From the NCBI GenBank assembly GCA_028279745.1, contig JANQNC010000001.1:1170001-1202000 (forward strand): a stretch of 32,000 bases of DNA. The letters run 5' to 3'. Each line of letters begins with the position of its first letter. Positions within the stretch are counted from its first letter, which is position 1. This DNA is from Candidatus Nanoarchaeia archaeon (GTDB lineage Archaea > Nanobdellota > Nanobdellia > Woesearchaeales > JANQNC01). The notes beneath the pieces are model-generated. The model was not told the origin of the DNA and ran no database searches. It saw only the letters and a program-made list of their open reading frames with translations. The position numbers and the translations under genes are program-made. This document shows, one piece after another, positions 23,401-30,732 of the stretch.

Positions 23401-26400
23401 GATGACACAATAACCATCACAATAATTGACAACGATTCACCAACCGCATCAATCACATCGCCAACAGATGGGGATAGTTACAAAGAAGGACACACAATCT
23501 TGTTTAACGGATACGGAGACAATGAAACTATAGTTGGATATTCATGGGCAAGTAATTTGGATGGTGTGATAGGTAATAGTTCAACATTCTCACTTGATAG
23601 CTTAACAGTGGGAGAACATGTAATAACCTTTACAGTATTAGACGATGATGGACAGACAGGATCAGACTCAATCACGATAAACGTAAATGCATTAGAAGCG
23701 CCAACAGTTTCAATAATAGCTCCACTAGATGGTTCTGATTACAAACATACACAACCAGTATACTTCGAAGGTGTAGGAACCGATACAGATGGAACAATTG
23801 AAAGTTACCATTGGACTTCTGATGTGGATGGGGTGATAGGGAATTCAAGCAGCTTCATAACAAGCACATTATCAACAGGACTGCATACAGTAACTTTAAC
23901 AGTAATAGATAGTGATGGTTTAGTGGGAACTGATGAGATTGAGTTAACAATAAAAGTTTTAGAAGCACCAACCGTATCGATACTTTCTCCTGATGATGGA
24001 GACAACTTCAAAGAGAATGACTCAATATTATTTAGCGGGATAGGAACAGATGCTGATGGAGTAATAACACAATGGTACTGGTCATCAAGTATAGATGGAT
24101 TAATGCATGAACAGACAGGAGGAAGTGCTAGTACGTTCTACTATCATTCATTAAGTTTAGGAACACATTTGATCACAGTTACAGTAATAGATGATGATGG
24201 ATTGCAGTATGTAGATACATTTACTGTTACAATAGATGTTAATCCTGAGTTTGCGCCAACAGCGTCTATAATCAGTCCGTTAGATGGAGTGGTCTTTAGA
24301 GATAATGATCTGATTGTCTTTAGCGGGCTAGGTGATGATGTAAATGGAGTTGTTGAAAGTTATCATTGGGTAAGCAGTGTGGATGGAACCTTAGGAGATA
24401 GTATGACATTTAACTCAACCGCATTAAGTGTTGGGACACATGACATAACATTAACTGTAACAGATGATGATGGACAGACAGGAGATGACACTATCAGCAT
24501 TACAGTGTTGGATAATGATATGCCAACAGCATCAATCATGGCACCAACCGATAACGATAATTTCAAAGATGGCCAAACAATATTATTCAGCGGGTTAGGA
24601 GGAGATGAAGTTATAACTGGATACGCTTGGTCAAGCAACATAGACGGTTTGATTGGAAACCTGTCTTCTTTTTCAACTTCAGATCTTAGTCTAGGAGAAC
24701 ATATCATTACATTTAGAGTGTTTGATGATGACGGACAGTCAGGTTCAGACTCAATCACGATTACAATAAATCCTTTAGTAGCACCAACCGCTTCTATAGT
24801 TAGTCCATTAGATGGAACAGATTACAAAGATGGACAAACTGTGCTATTTAGCGGGGTGGGAACAGACACAGACGGTGTGATCTCAAGTTATTACTGGAGT
24901 TCAAGTATAGATGGAGTTATTGGGAATTCGAGCAGTTTCAGTTCAAGCAATCTATCAGTCGGTCTTCATACTATAACATTCAGAGTAGTTGATGATGACA
25001 GCTTAATATCAACAGACACGATAGAAATTACAATCAAAGCACTAGAAGCACCTACTGCTTCTATACTAAGTCCAAATGATGGAGATCATTACAAAGAAAA
25101 TGACTCAATACTATTTAGCGGGACAGGAAGCGATCCCGATGGAGCTATAGTGAAGTGGACCTGGAGCTCAAGCATAGACGGACTGATCAAAGAACAGAAT
25201 GGGGGAACATCAAGCACATTCTTCTACAATGGATTAAGTTTAGGAACACACGATATAACATTAACTGTGGTTGATGATGACGGACTAAAATATGTAGATA
25301 CATTCACAGTAACAGTTGATGTAAATCCATTATTTGCACCAACAGCTTCTATTATTTCACCTCTTGGCGGCACAGTATTCAGAGATGATGACTTAATCGT
25401 GTTTAGTGGTTATGGTGATGATGTCAATGGAGTTGTTGAAGGTTATAGTTGGGTTTCAAGCTTAGACGGCACTATCGGAAATAATATGACATTCACCACA
25501 GATTTACTAAGCCAAGGAGTACACACTGTAACACTAACAGTAACAGATGATGATGGTCAGACAGGAGACGACACAATACAAATTACTGTGTTAGACAATG
25601 ATTCGCCTACCGCATCAATCACATCTCCAAATGATAATGACAATTTCAAAGAAGGACAAGAAATACTGTTTAGTGGGTATGGGGATAACGAGGTTATCAC
25701 TTCATACACTTGGACAAGTAATTTAGATGGAGTAATAGGAAGTGGTGCTACATTCTCAACAACAAACTTGACAGTAGGAGAACATGAAATAACCTTAACA
25801 GTATTAGATGATGATGGTCAAACCGGGTTTGACACAATAACTATAACAGTTAATGCATTAGAAGCACCAACAGTATCTATAATAGCTCCTCTGGATGGGG
25901 CAGATTACAAATACACATATCCTGTTTACTTTGAAGGTGTGGGGAGTGATTCAGATGGGGTTGTGGTTAATTACCAGTGGACTTCTGACATCGATGGGGT
26001 CATAGGAAACACAAGCAGTTTCATTACTGATGAACTTTCATTGGGATTACACACCATCACTCTTACTATTGTAGATGATGATGGGCTAATAGCAACAGAC
26101 GAGATAGAAGTAACAATAAAGCCATTGACTGCGCCTTCAGTGTCTATCTTAAGTCCAGATGAAGGAGATCACTTCAAAGAGAACGATTCAATATTATTTA
26201 GCGGGATAGGAACAGATTCAGATGGAATAATAACACAATGGTATTGGTCAAGCAGTATAGATGGATTATTCCATGAACAAACTGGGGGAAGTGCAAGTAC
26301 ATTCTATCACAATGAGCTGAGCTTAGGAACACACCTAATAACTGTAACAATCATAGACGATGATGGACTACAATATGTAGACACATTCACAGTAACAATT

Positions 26401-29400
26401 GACCTAAATCCAGAATTCGCACCAACAACATCTATAATTTCACCATTAGATGGATCAACATTTAGATCAGGAGACAATGTATTGTATAGTGGGTATGGAG
26501 ACGACATAAATGGATACATAACAGACTATTACTGGACATCAGACATAGATGGAGTGATAGGAAATGAGATGACATTTAGTTATTCTAATTTGACTGTGGG
26601 GCTTCATACAATAACATTGACTGTGACAGATGATGATGGGCAAACAGGAGACGATTCAATAACTGTAACTGTACTAGATAATGATGTGCCGACATCATCA
26701 ATAGTATCGCCAGGTGAAGGAGATAACTTCAAAGATGGACAGAGCATATTATTCAGTGGAGTGGGAGATAATGAAGTCATAACCGGATATGAATGGGTGT
26801 CAAACATAGACGGAGGATTAGGAAATAGTTCAACATTCTCAACTTCAATACTAAGTCTGGGTGAGCATACAATAACATTTAGAGTGTTTGATGATGACGG
26901 ACAATCTAACTCAGACTCAATAATGATCACAATAAATCCATTAGTTGCACCAACCGCTTCAATCATAAGTCCAATAGATGGAACAGACTACAAAGACGGC
27001 CAAACAGTGTTGTTTAATGGGATTGGAAGTGATACAGATGGTTTGATAGCTAGTTATTACTGGTCATCAGATGTAGATGGAGTAATAGGAAACACAAGCA
27101 GCTTTAGTTCAAACAACTTATCAGTTGGATTGCATACGATAACATTCAGGGCGGTAGATGAAGATGGGTTAATGGCATCAGATAGTGTAGACATAACAAT
27201 CAAAGCACTAGAAGCACCAACAGCTTCAATAATCAATCCAAACGATGGAGATCACTATAAAGAAAATGATTCAATCTTATTTAGTGGAATTGGATCAGAT
27301 CCAGATGGTGCTATAGTGAAGTGGTATTGGTCATCAAGTATAGATGGATTATTCCATGAACAAACTGGAGGATTAGCAAGCACATTCTATTATAACTCTT
27401 TGAGTCTAGGAACTCACCTGATTACATTAACAGTTGTAGATGACGACGAAATAAAATATGTAGATACATTCACAGTAACAATTGACGTAAATCCATTATT
27501 TGCACCAACAGCGTCTATCTTAAGTCCTGTAGAGGGCACAGTCTTTAGAGATGGAGACAGAGTGTTGTTTAGTGGATATGGCGATGACATAAATGGAGTT
27601 GTTGAAAGTTACTATTGGACATCAGACAAAGAAGGTGTTTTAGGAAATACAATGACATTTAATGTTTCTACCTTAAGTGTTGGGGTGCATGAGATAACAC
27701 TAACAGTTACAGACGATGACGGGCAAACAGGAGACGACTCAATTGTCATAACTGTACTAGATAACGATTCACCAACAGCATCAATCACATCACCTGCAGA
27801 TGGAGACAATTTCAAAGAAGGACAAAACATATTCTTCACAGGACTAGGGGATAATGAGGTCATTAGTTCATACACATGGGTAAGCAGTCTAGATGGAAGC
27901 TTAAGCTCAAGCCAGTCATTCACATACTCAGAGTTGACTATAGGCGAACATGTAATCACACTAACTGTAACAGATGATGATGGACAGTCAGCATCAGACT
28001 CAATTACAGTTACAATAAACCCATTAGTTGCACCGGTAGCATCAATAATCTCACCAGTGGACCAAGCAGACTACAAAGAAAACCAGTTTGTAATGTTCAA
28101 TGGGGTCGGGAGTGATAGCGACGGAAGCATAGTAGATTACTACTGGACATCAGACGTAGAAGGAGTAGTAGGTAATGGAAACATGTTCAGTACTGATGAG
28201 CTATCAATAGGCTATCACACAATAACACTAACAGTTGTAGATAATGACGGATTGATAGGAACTGATGAGTTGGAGATAACAATCAAACCATTAACAGCAC
28301 CAACCGCATCAATCGTAAAACCAGACACGGGAGACCACTTCAAAGAACAAACACCAGTAGAGTTCATCGGCTCTGGCTCAGATCCAGACGGTGAGATAAT
28401 AGAATGGATATGGACAAGCGATGTAGATGGAGAGTTTGGTAGTTCGCAAAGGTTCAACTATTCAGAACTAAGTCTGGGAAGACACGATGTCACTTTGACT
28501 GTAGTGGATGATGACGCACTAAGATACACAGACACATTCACAATATGGATAGAGATAGATCCTCTAAGATCACCTAATGTAACCATAACAACACCACAAG
28601 ATAAAATTACAGTGAAAGAAGATGTAGTGGTTGTATTTGATGCGAACGTAACATATGACCCTGTATCAACAGGATCGTCATACTACTGGGTGAGCGACAT
28701 AGATGGAATGCTGGATGAAGGAACAGGAGTTCCAGTGTTGTTTAGTACGGATGAGTTATCTATTGGATATCATACAATAACACTAACAACAATAGACTCA
28801 AGAAACTTATCAGGATCAGACACAGTGCATCTATGGATAGCACCATTGCTTTCTCCAGAAGTCAATATCAGTTCACCACCAAATAACTCAACATACTGGG
28901 AAGGAGACTCAATCAATTTCTCCGCATTGATAACAGATGACGGAACGATACAATCAATACTATGGAACTCAGATCTAGACGGAAATATTGGAAACAGTTC
29001 AAACTTCACCTACTCAGGATTAACAGTAGGAGAACACAGAATAACCTTGATAGTTGTAGATGATGATAATTTAACCACGGTAACACAAATAACTGTGCTT
29101 ATCAAGAAAAAAGAATCAGGCGGAGGAGATGATGACGATGATGAAGATGGAGGCGGATCTGGAGGCTCCGGAGGATTAGGAGGAATACCTAAACCAGTCG
29201 AAATTGAAGAACCTGAAGAGTTAGAAGAAGGACTTCAGATAAAAATAGTGGAATCACCTTCCGGACTAAATATTGAAGAAGGAAAATTCGTTATTGTTGC
29301 AGAAATAATAAACAATGGAGACACTGTGTTGAAGGATATTAATGCGGAATTAGAAAAGATTGATGGATGGAAATCTAATACAGTATACATCGGTGAGTTA

Positions 29401-29916
29401 GCTGTTGATGAAAGAGTAATTGTTACATTCGAAGTAGAATCAGAAATATGTGCGCTTGGGAAAGAAGTAGGACAAATAGACAGAGAGCTAGAAATAGTTG
29501 CGGTGGCAGAGAATGAAGCTGTAAGTGATACAGATAAAGTGATGGTGGATGTAGAAGCAGAAACATTTGCAGTATTAAATGATGTAATTGACAATCAGAT
29601 AAAAGTATGTTTCATTATAGACAATAAAGGTAATGATGAAAGAAATAAAGTAGAGATAGAAATTGGAGTGTATGAAGAGGAGATAGCAGTGCTTCTTGAC
29701 TACATAACAAACATAGACGTAGAGAGTGACGAAATATTTATAAAAACAAAAGAGTATGAGTTAAGCTATATACCAGAAACAAAAAGCTACACATTAAGAG
29801 CAGACCTTTACGAAAAGGGAAAATTGTTCAGTAGCGAATATAAAATAGCAGACTCAGAAACTCAAGTAGAACTGCAAAAAACAGGAAAATCATTATGGGA
29901 ACAGATGTTTTCGTAA
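20443..29916 (+). CDS. giant (3157 aa) N-terminally anchored cell-surface protein with 26 PKD-like domains; putative adhesin
   Basis: Uninterrupted 9474-nt ORF in AT-rich DNA. The ATG at 20443 follows GGGGG. N-terminal TM VIGMSVILFALLVVLIAG. PKD-type motifs (Y.W.S..DG and H.ITLTV.DDDG) recur 26 times. See the repeat features below. Confidence 0.95.
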   Translation: MKLSKVFLKETVIGMSVILFALLVVLIAGPQDGLTGHAVYEECQNCTSVNSLEMKYLGEAEDEVAYVYSMQGVDEYTIDEDGMFTVVDVYDEMIVSVGDVNETINASCGSSLESGDEFGELVIESVDTGVEEVCELIEIPDENETNETVGLNVTLNETIVNETINETFVNETINETVNETVEINVTINETNQTVEVNVTVNETNQTINETAEENTTDDYGSFSYCLDKDNDGYYVTNTSACETFIVVENDGNVIAPAGFMEVKVMAAEITYGATGPEIDVYVKLIEDGDYTTLFGGVDVDGNEAYNKTLTSETEIAIEGRAKYGRRFDRTYRSDTGSDHVEVLMDGDDLPDYAPFGNQDSLSTIIAPFVDENNKIDIDVNQVLFLFEFATLNTDAADFQDLVVLLTFEPDDFPCECGEFDCDENDPNINPGAAEICDGIDNDCDFFADEEFDDDGDGFTVCGGDCNDNDVNINPNATEICNFLDDDCDGEIDEGFDLDNDGFTTCGGDCDDNNSEVNPDATEICDDEIDNDCNGDVDFEDDECANILPTASIISPLSGSNFKLNEQIVFSGIGTDSDGTVVSYSWASNVDGTFGSNGTVTHSGLSIGTHVITLTVTDDRGGQTTDTVTITILALNSPTASIISPADGSDFKHTNEITFSGLGDDTDGTIVGYSWESNVDGVLNDSSLFTTNALSVGIHTITFTVEDDDGLTDVDEITITVKELEAPTASILSPNDGDDFKDGDNVLFSGTGSDTDGSVVSYQWSSSIDGLIGNTTSFSTTDLTVGLHEIVLVVVDDDGLNDTDSIEIEVKALRAPTASIISPNDGDHYKEADNILFSGTGSDPDGYITKWYWSSSVDGLFKEQTGGNASTFFYDSLSLGTHDITLTVVDNDGLQYVDTFTVTIDVNPLFAPTASIITPLDGVVFREGEVIVFSGYGDDINGNVTDYDWVSSLDGSIGSDMTFTHSSLSLGEHDITLIVTDDDGQTGDDTITITIIDNDSPTASITSPTDGDSYKEGHTILFNGYGDNETIVGYSWASNLDGVIGNSSTFSLDSLTVGEHVITFTVLDDDGQTGSDSITINVNALEAPTVSIIAPLDGSDYKHTQPVYFEGVGTDTDGTIESYHWTSDVDGVIGNSSSFITSTLSTGLHTVTLTVIDSDGLVGTDEIELTIKVLEAPTVSILSPDDGDNFKENDSILFSGIGTDADGVITQWYWSSSIDGLMHEQTGGSASTFYYHSLSLGTHLITVTVIDDDGLQYVDTFTVTIDVNPEFAPTASIISPLDGVVFRDNDLIVFSGLGDDVNGVVESYHWVSSVDGTLGDSMTFNSTALSVGTHDITLTVTDDDGQTGDDTISITVLDNDMPTASIMAPTDNDNFKDGQTILFSGLGGDEVITGYAWSSNIDGLIGNLSSFSTSDLSLGEHIITFRVFDDDGQSGSDSITITINPLVAPTASIVSPLDGTDYKDGQTVLFSGVGTDTDGVISSYYWSSSIDGVIGNSSSFSSSNLSVGLHTITFRVVDDDSLISTDTIEITIKALEAPTASILSPNDGDHYKENDSILFSGTGSDPDGAIVKWTWSSSIDGLIKEQNGGTSSTFFYNGLSLGTHDITLTVVDDDGLKYVDTFTVTVDVNPLFAPTASIISPLGGTVFRDDDLIVFSGYGDDVNGVVEGYSWVSSLDGTIGNNMTFTTDLLSQGVHTVTLTVTDDDGQTGDDTIQITVLDNDSPTASITSPNDNDNFKEGQEILFSGYGDNEVITSYTWTSNLDGVIGSGATFSTTNLTVGEHEITLTVLDDDGQTGFDTITITVNALEAPTVSIIAPLDGADYKYTYPVYFEGVGSDSDGVVVNYQWTSDIDGVIGNTSSFITDELSLGLHTITLTIVDDDGLIATDEIEVTIKPLTAPSVSILSPDEGDHFKENDSILFSGIGTDSDGIITQWYWSSSIDGLFHEQTGGSASTFYHNELSLGTHLITVTIIDDDGLQYVDTFTVTIDLNPEFAPTTSIISPLDGSTFRSGDNVLYSGYGDDINGYITDYYWTSDIDGVIGNEMTFSYSNLTVGLHTITLTVTDDDGQTGDDSITVTVLDNDVPTSSIVSPGEGDNFKDGQSILFSGVGDNEVITGYEWVSNIDGGLGNSSTFSTSILSLGEHTITFRVFDDDGQSNSDSIMITINPLVAPTASIISPIDGTDYKDGQTVLFNGIGSDTDGLIASYYWSSDVDGVIGNTSSFSSNNLSVGLHTITFRAVDEDGLMASDSVDITIKALEAPTASIINPNDGDHYKENDSILFSGIGSDPDGAIVKWYWSSSIDGLFHEQTGGLASTFYYNSLSLGTHLITLTVVDDDEIKYVDTFTVTIDVNPLFAPTASILSPVEGTVFRDGDRVLFSGYGDDINGVVESYYWTSDKEGVLGNTMTFNVSTLSVGVHEITLTVTDDDGQTGDDSIVITVLDNDSPTASITSPADGDNFKEGQNIFFTGLGDNEVISSYTWVSSLDGSLSSSQSFTYSELTIGEHVITLTVTDDDGQSASDSITVTINPLVAPVASIISPVDQADYKENQFVMFNGVGSDSDGSIVDYYWTSDVEGVVGNGNMFSTDELSIGYHTITLTVVDNDGLIGTDELEITIKPLTAPTASIVKPDTGDHFKEQTPVEFIGSGSDPDGEIIEWIWTSDVDGEFGSSQRFNYSELSLGRHDVTLTVVDDDALRYTDTFTIWIEIDPLRSPNVTITTPQDKITVKEDVVVVFDANVTYDPVSTGSSYYWVSDIDGMLDEGTGVPVLFSTDELSIGYHTITLTTIDSRNLSGSDTVHLWIAPLLSPEVNISSPPNNSTYWEGDSINFSALITDDGTIQSILWNSDLDGNIGNSSNFTYSGLTVGEHRITLIVVDDDNLTTVTQITVLIKKKESGGGDDDDDEDGGGSGGSGGLGGIPKPVEIEEPEELEEGLQIKIVESPSGLNIEEGKFVIVAEIINNGDTVLKDINAELEKIDGWKSNTVYIGELAVDERVIVTFEVESEICALGKEVGQIDRELEIVAVAENEAVSDTDKVMVDVEAETFAVLNDVIDNQIKVCFIIDNKGNDERNKVEIEIGVYEEEIAVLLDYITNIDVESDEIFIKTKEYELSYIPETKSYTLRADLYEKGKLFSSEYKIADSETQVELQKTGKSLWEQMFS
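20869..21090 (+). repeat. N-x-T sequon microrepeat: 17 N-glycosylation sequons in 74 codons, based on a reiterated AATGAAAC unit
   Basis: NETNETVGLNVTLNETIVNETINETFVNETINETVNETVEINVTINETNQTVEVNVTVNETNQTINETAEENTT, counted by hand. Confidence 0.9.
21682..22071 (+). repeat. three tandem Cys/Asp-rich repeats resembling the MopE-type 'putative metal-binding motif'
   Basis: DCDENDPNINPGAAEICDGIDNDCD / GGDCNDNDVNINPNATEICNFLDDDCDGEIDEGFD / GGDCDDNNSEVNPDATEICDDEIDNDCNGDVD. Confidence 0.7.
22078..29109 (+). repeat. array of 26 tandem PKD/Ig-like domain-coding repeats (87-96 codons each)
   Basis: Each unit reads (L/N)xxPT(A/V)SIxSPxDGxxFKxxxxIxFSGxGxDxDGxxxxYxWxSxxDGxxGxxxxFxxxxLxxGxHxITLTVxDDDGxxxxDxIxIxV. 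Unit boundaries were located by hand at 22081, 22342, 22609, 22876, 23164, 23431, 23692, 23959 and onward. Confidence 0.9.
22876..28290 (+). repeat. five head-to-tail super-repeats of exactly 1083 nt (361 codons = four PKD-like subtypes of 96+89+87+89 codons)
   Basis: Equivalent first codons of the 96-codon subtype fall at 22876, 23959, 25042, 26125 and 27208. The next unit starts at 28291. Every interval is 1083 nt. Confidence 0.9.
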
Positions 29917-29940
29917 AAGAAAAAAAGAGGTTGATGAAAA

Positions 29941-30016
29941 ATGGTATGCAACAGCCGGTTACGCTCGGCTGGCGCGCAAAAGGCGGCATGCGCTCACTGA
30001 CGTTCGCTTAGCCACC
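29941..30016. other. GC-rich island with two short GC stem-loops in the intergenic spacer; candidate structured RNA or foreign remnant
   Basis: ...gcaacagccggttacgctcggctggcgcgcaaaaggcggcatgcgctcactgacgttcgcttagccacc is conspicuously GC-rich against AT-rich flanks. Stems are agccg/cggct (29953-29970) and gcgca/tgcgc (29974-29993). Confidence 0.3.
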
Positions 30017-30036
30017 TACAAAAGAGGTAAACAAAA

Positions 30037-30663
30037 ATGGTGTATATATTCGGGCTTGACATTCCGTTAATAGAGGTATTCTTCATACTGTTGATAATAG
30101 GAATAATACTGGCGGCAGTAATAGTCTACATTATCGTGAAAATAATGCAGATGAACAAAAAGATGGACTATGTTTTGAGTCAGGAGAAAAAGAAACTAGT
30201 GCAGTTCTCAGACATAACTGAAAAGGAGAAAAAAGAGTTAGCTGATTTAAGGAAATTAGAAAGAGAGCTAGATGATCTGCTTGATCAAGAAGAAGATGCA
30301 GTCAAAGCATTAGAAAAGTTAAAGACTGTAAGAAAGACAAAACCCAAGAAGAAAGCAGTTCGCCATGAGCCAACCAGTTCACCAGTAGAGAAAGGAAAAG
30401 ACTTCGTAAAAGCTTTACTTGGAGCAACAATGAGACACGAAGAAAAACCAGTCTGGAGGACAGAGAAGTGGAGAAAAGAAGGTTTGGTCTTGGTGTTAAG
30501 AAATGATAATGGTTCCATAAAAGAATGGAGAAAACATCCGCTATCAGGCATACCAGAATCACAAGTTCCATGGAAAAAAGAACACTGGTACTCTGAAGGA
30601 GATGTTGCAGTGTTAAGAAGACCAGATGGAACCTTAATCGACTGGGAAAAACTAAAGAAATGA
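30037..30663 (+). CDS. N-terminally anchored hypothetical protein with a charged coiled-coil region and two C-terminal Trp-rich repeats
   Basis: AGAGGT SD. TM FFILLIIGIILAAVIVYIIV. KE-rich helix. Repeats are VWRTEKWRKEGLVLVLRNDNGSIKEWRK and PWKKEHWYSEGDVAVLRRPDGTLIDWEK. Confidence 0.7.
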   Translation: MVYIFGLDIPLIEVFFILLIIGIILAAVIVYIIVKIMQMNKKMDYVLSQEKKKLVQFSDITEKEKKELADLRKLERELDDLLDQEEDAVKALEKLKTVRKTKPKKKAVRHEPTSSPVEKGKDFVKALLGATMRHEEKPVWRTEKWRKEGLVLVLRNDNGSIKEWRKHPLSGIPESQVPWKKEHWYSEGDVAVLRRPDGTLIDWEKLKK

Positions 30664-30732
30664 AAATTCTTTAAGAATTTTCAATCTTTATGGATAAATC
30701 CATAAAGAAGTAATTCTTTATTATTATTTTTT

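Noticed and set aside
22078-29109. Regularly spaced DNA repeats that could suggest a CRISPR array or satellite
   Set aside because: The period is 261-288 nt (and 1083 nt), not 25-40-nt repeats with unique spacers. The whole region is one in-frame protein-coding repeat array of PKD-like domains.
20643-29594. About 20 minus-strand ORFs of 65-204 aa listed in the track inside the giant gene (e.g. 21513..22127, 24363..24758, 26604..26966, 27612..27959)
   Set aside because: They are antisense shadows of a repetitive, stop-poor coding sequence. Their products are Ser/Pro/Thr/Val-rich low complexity that recurs with the repeat period. They have no SD or TATA context, and the plus-strand frame is an unbroken 9.5-kb ORF with clear domain motifs.
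29932-29999. Possible C/D-box sRNA: TGATGA at 29932-29937 and CTGA at 29997-30000 bracket the GC-rich island
   Set aside because: No D' or C' boxes occur at the expected ~12-nt guide spacing. There is no terminal stem, and the element would be longer and far more GC-structured than typical archaeal C/D sRNAs. I kept it only as part of the GC-island finding.
29941-30000. 19-codon ORF MVCNSRLRSAGAQKAACAH within the GC island, preceded by an AGAGGT-like motif
   Set aside because: Its codon usage (CGG, CGC, TCG, GCG) is unlike every convincing gene in the window. It is very short, and the GC-rich sequence is more plausibly structural than coding.
29950-30016. tRNA or vector-derived fragment hypotheses for the GC island
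   Set aside because: Neither strand shows a D-loop (AGC..GG) or T-loop (GTTCRA) motif, and I see no obvious acceptor-stem pairing. Short words shared with ColE1-type plasmid origin sequence (CGCTCACTGAC, AAAGGCGG, TCGGCTG, from memory) are only 7-11 nt and in a different order. That is insufficient to call contamination without a search.
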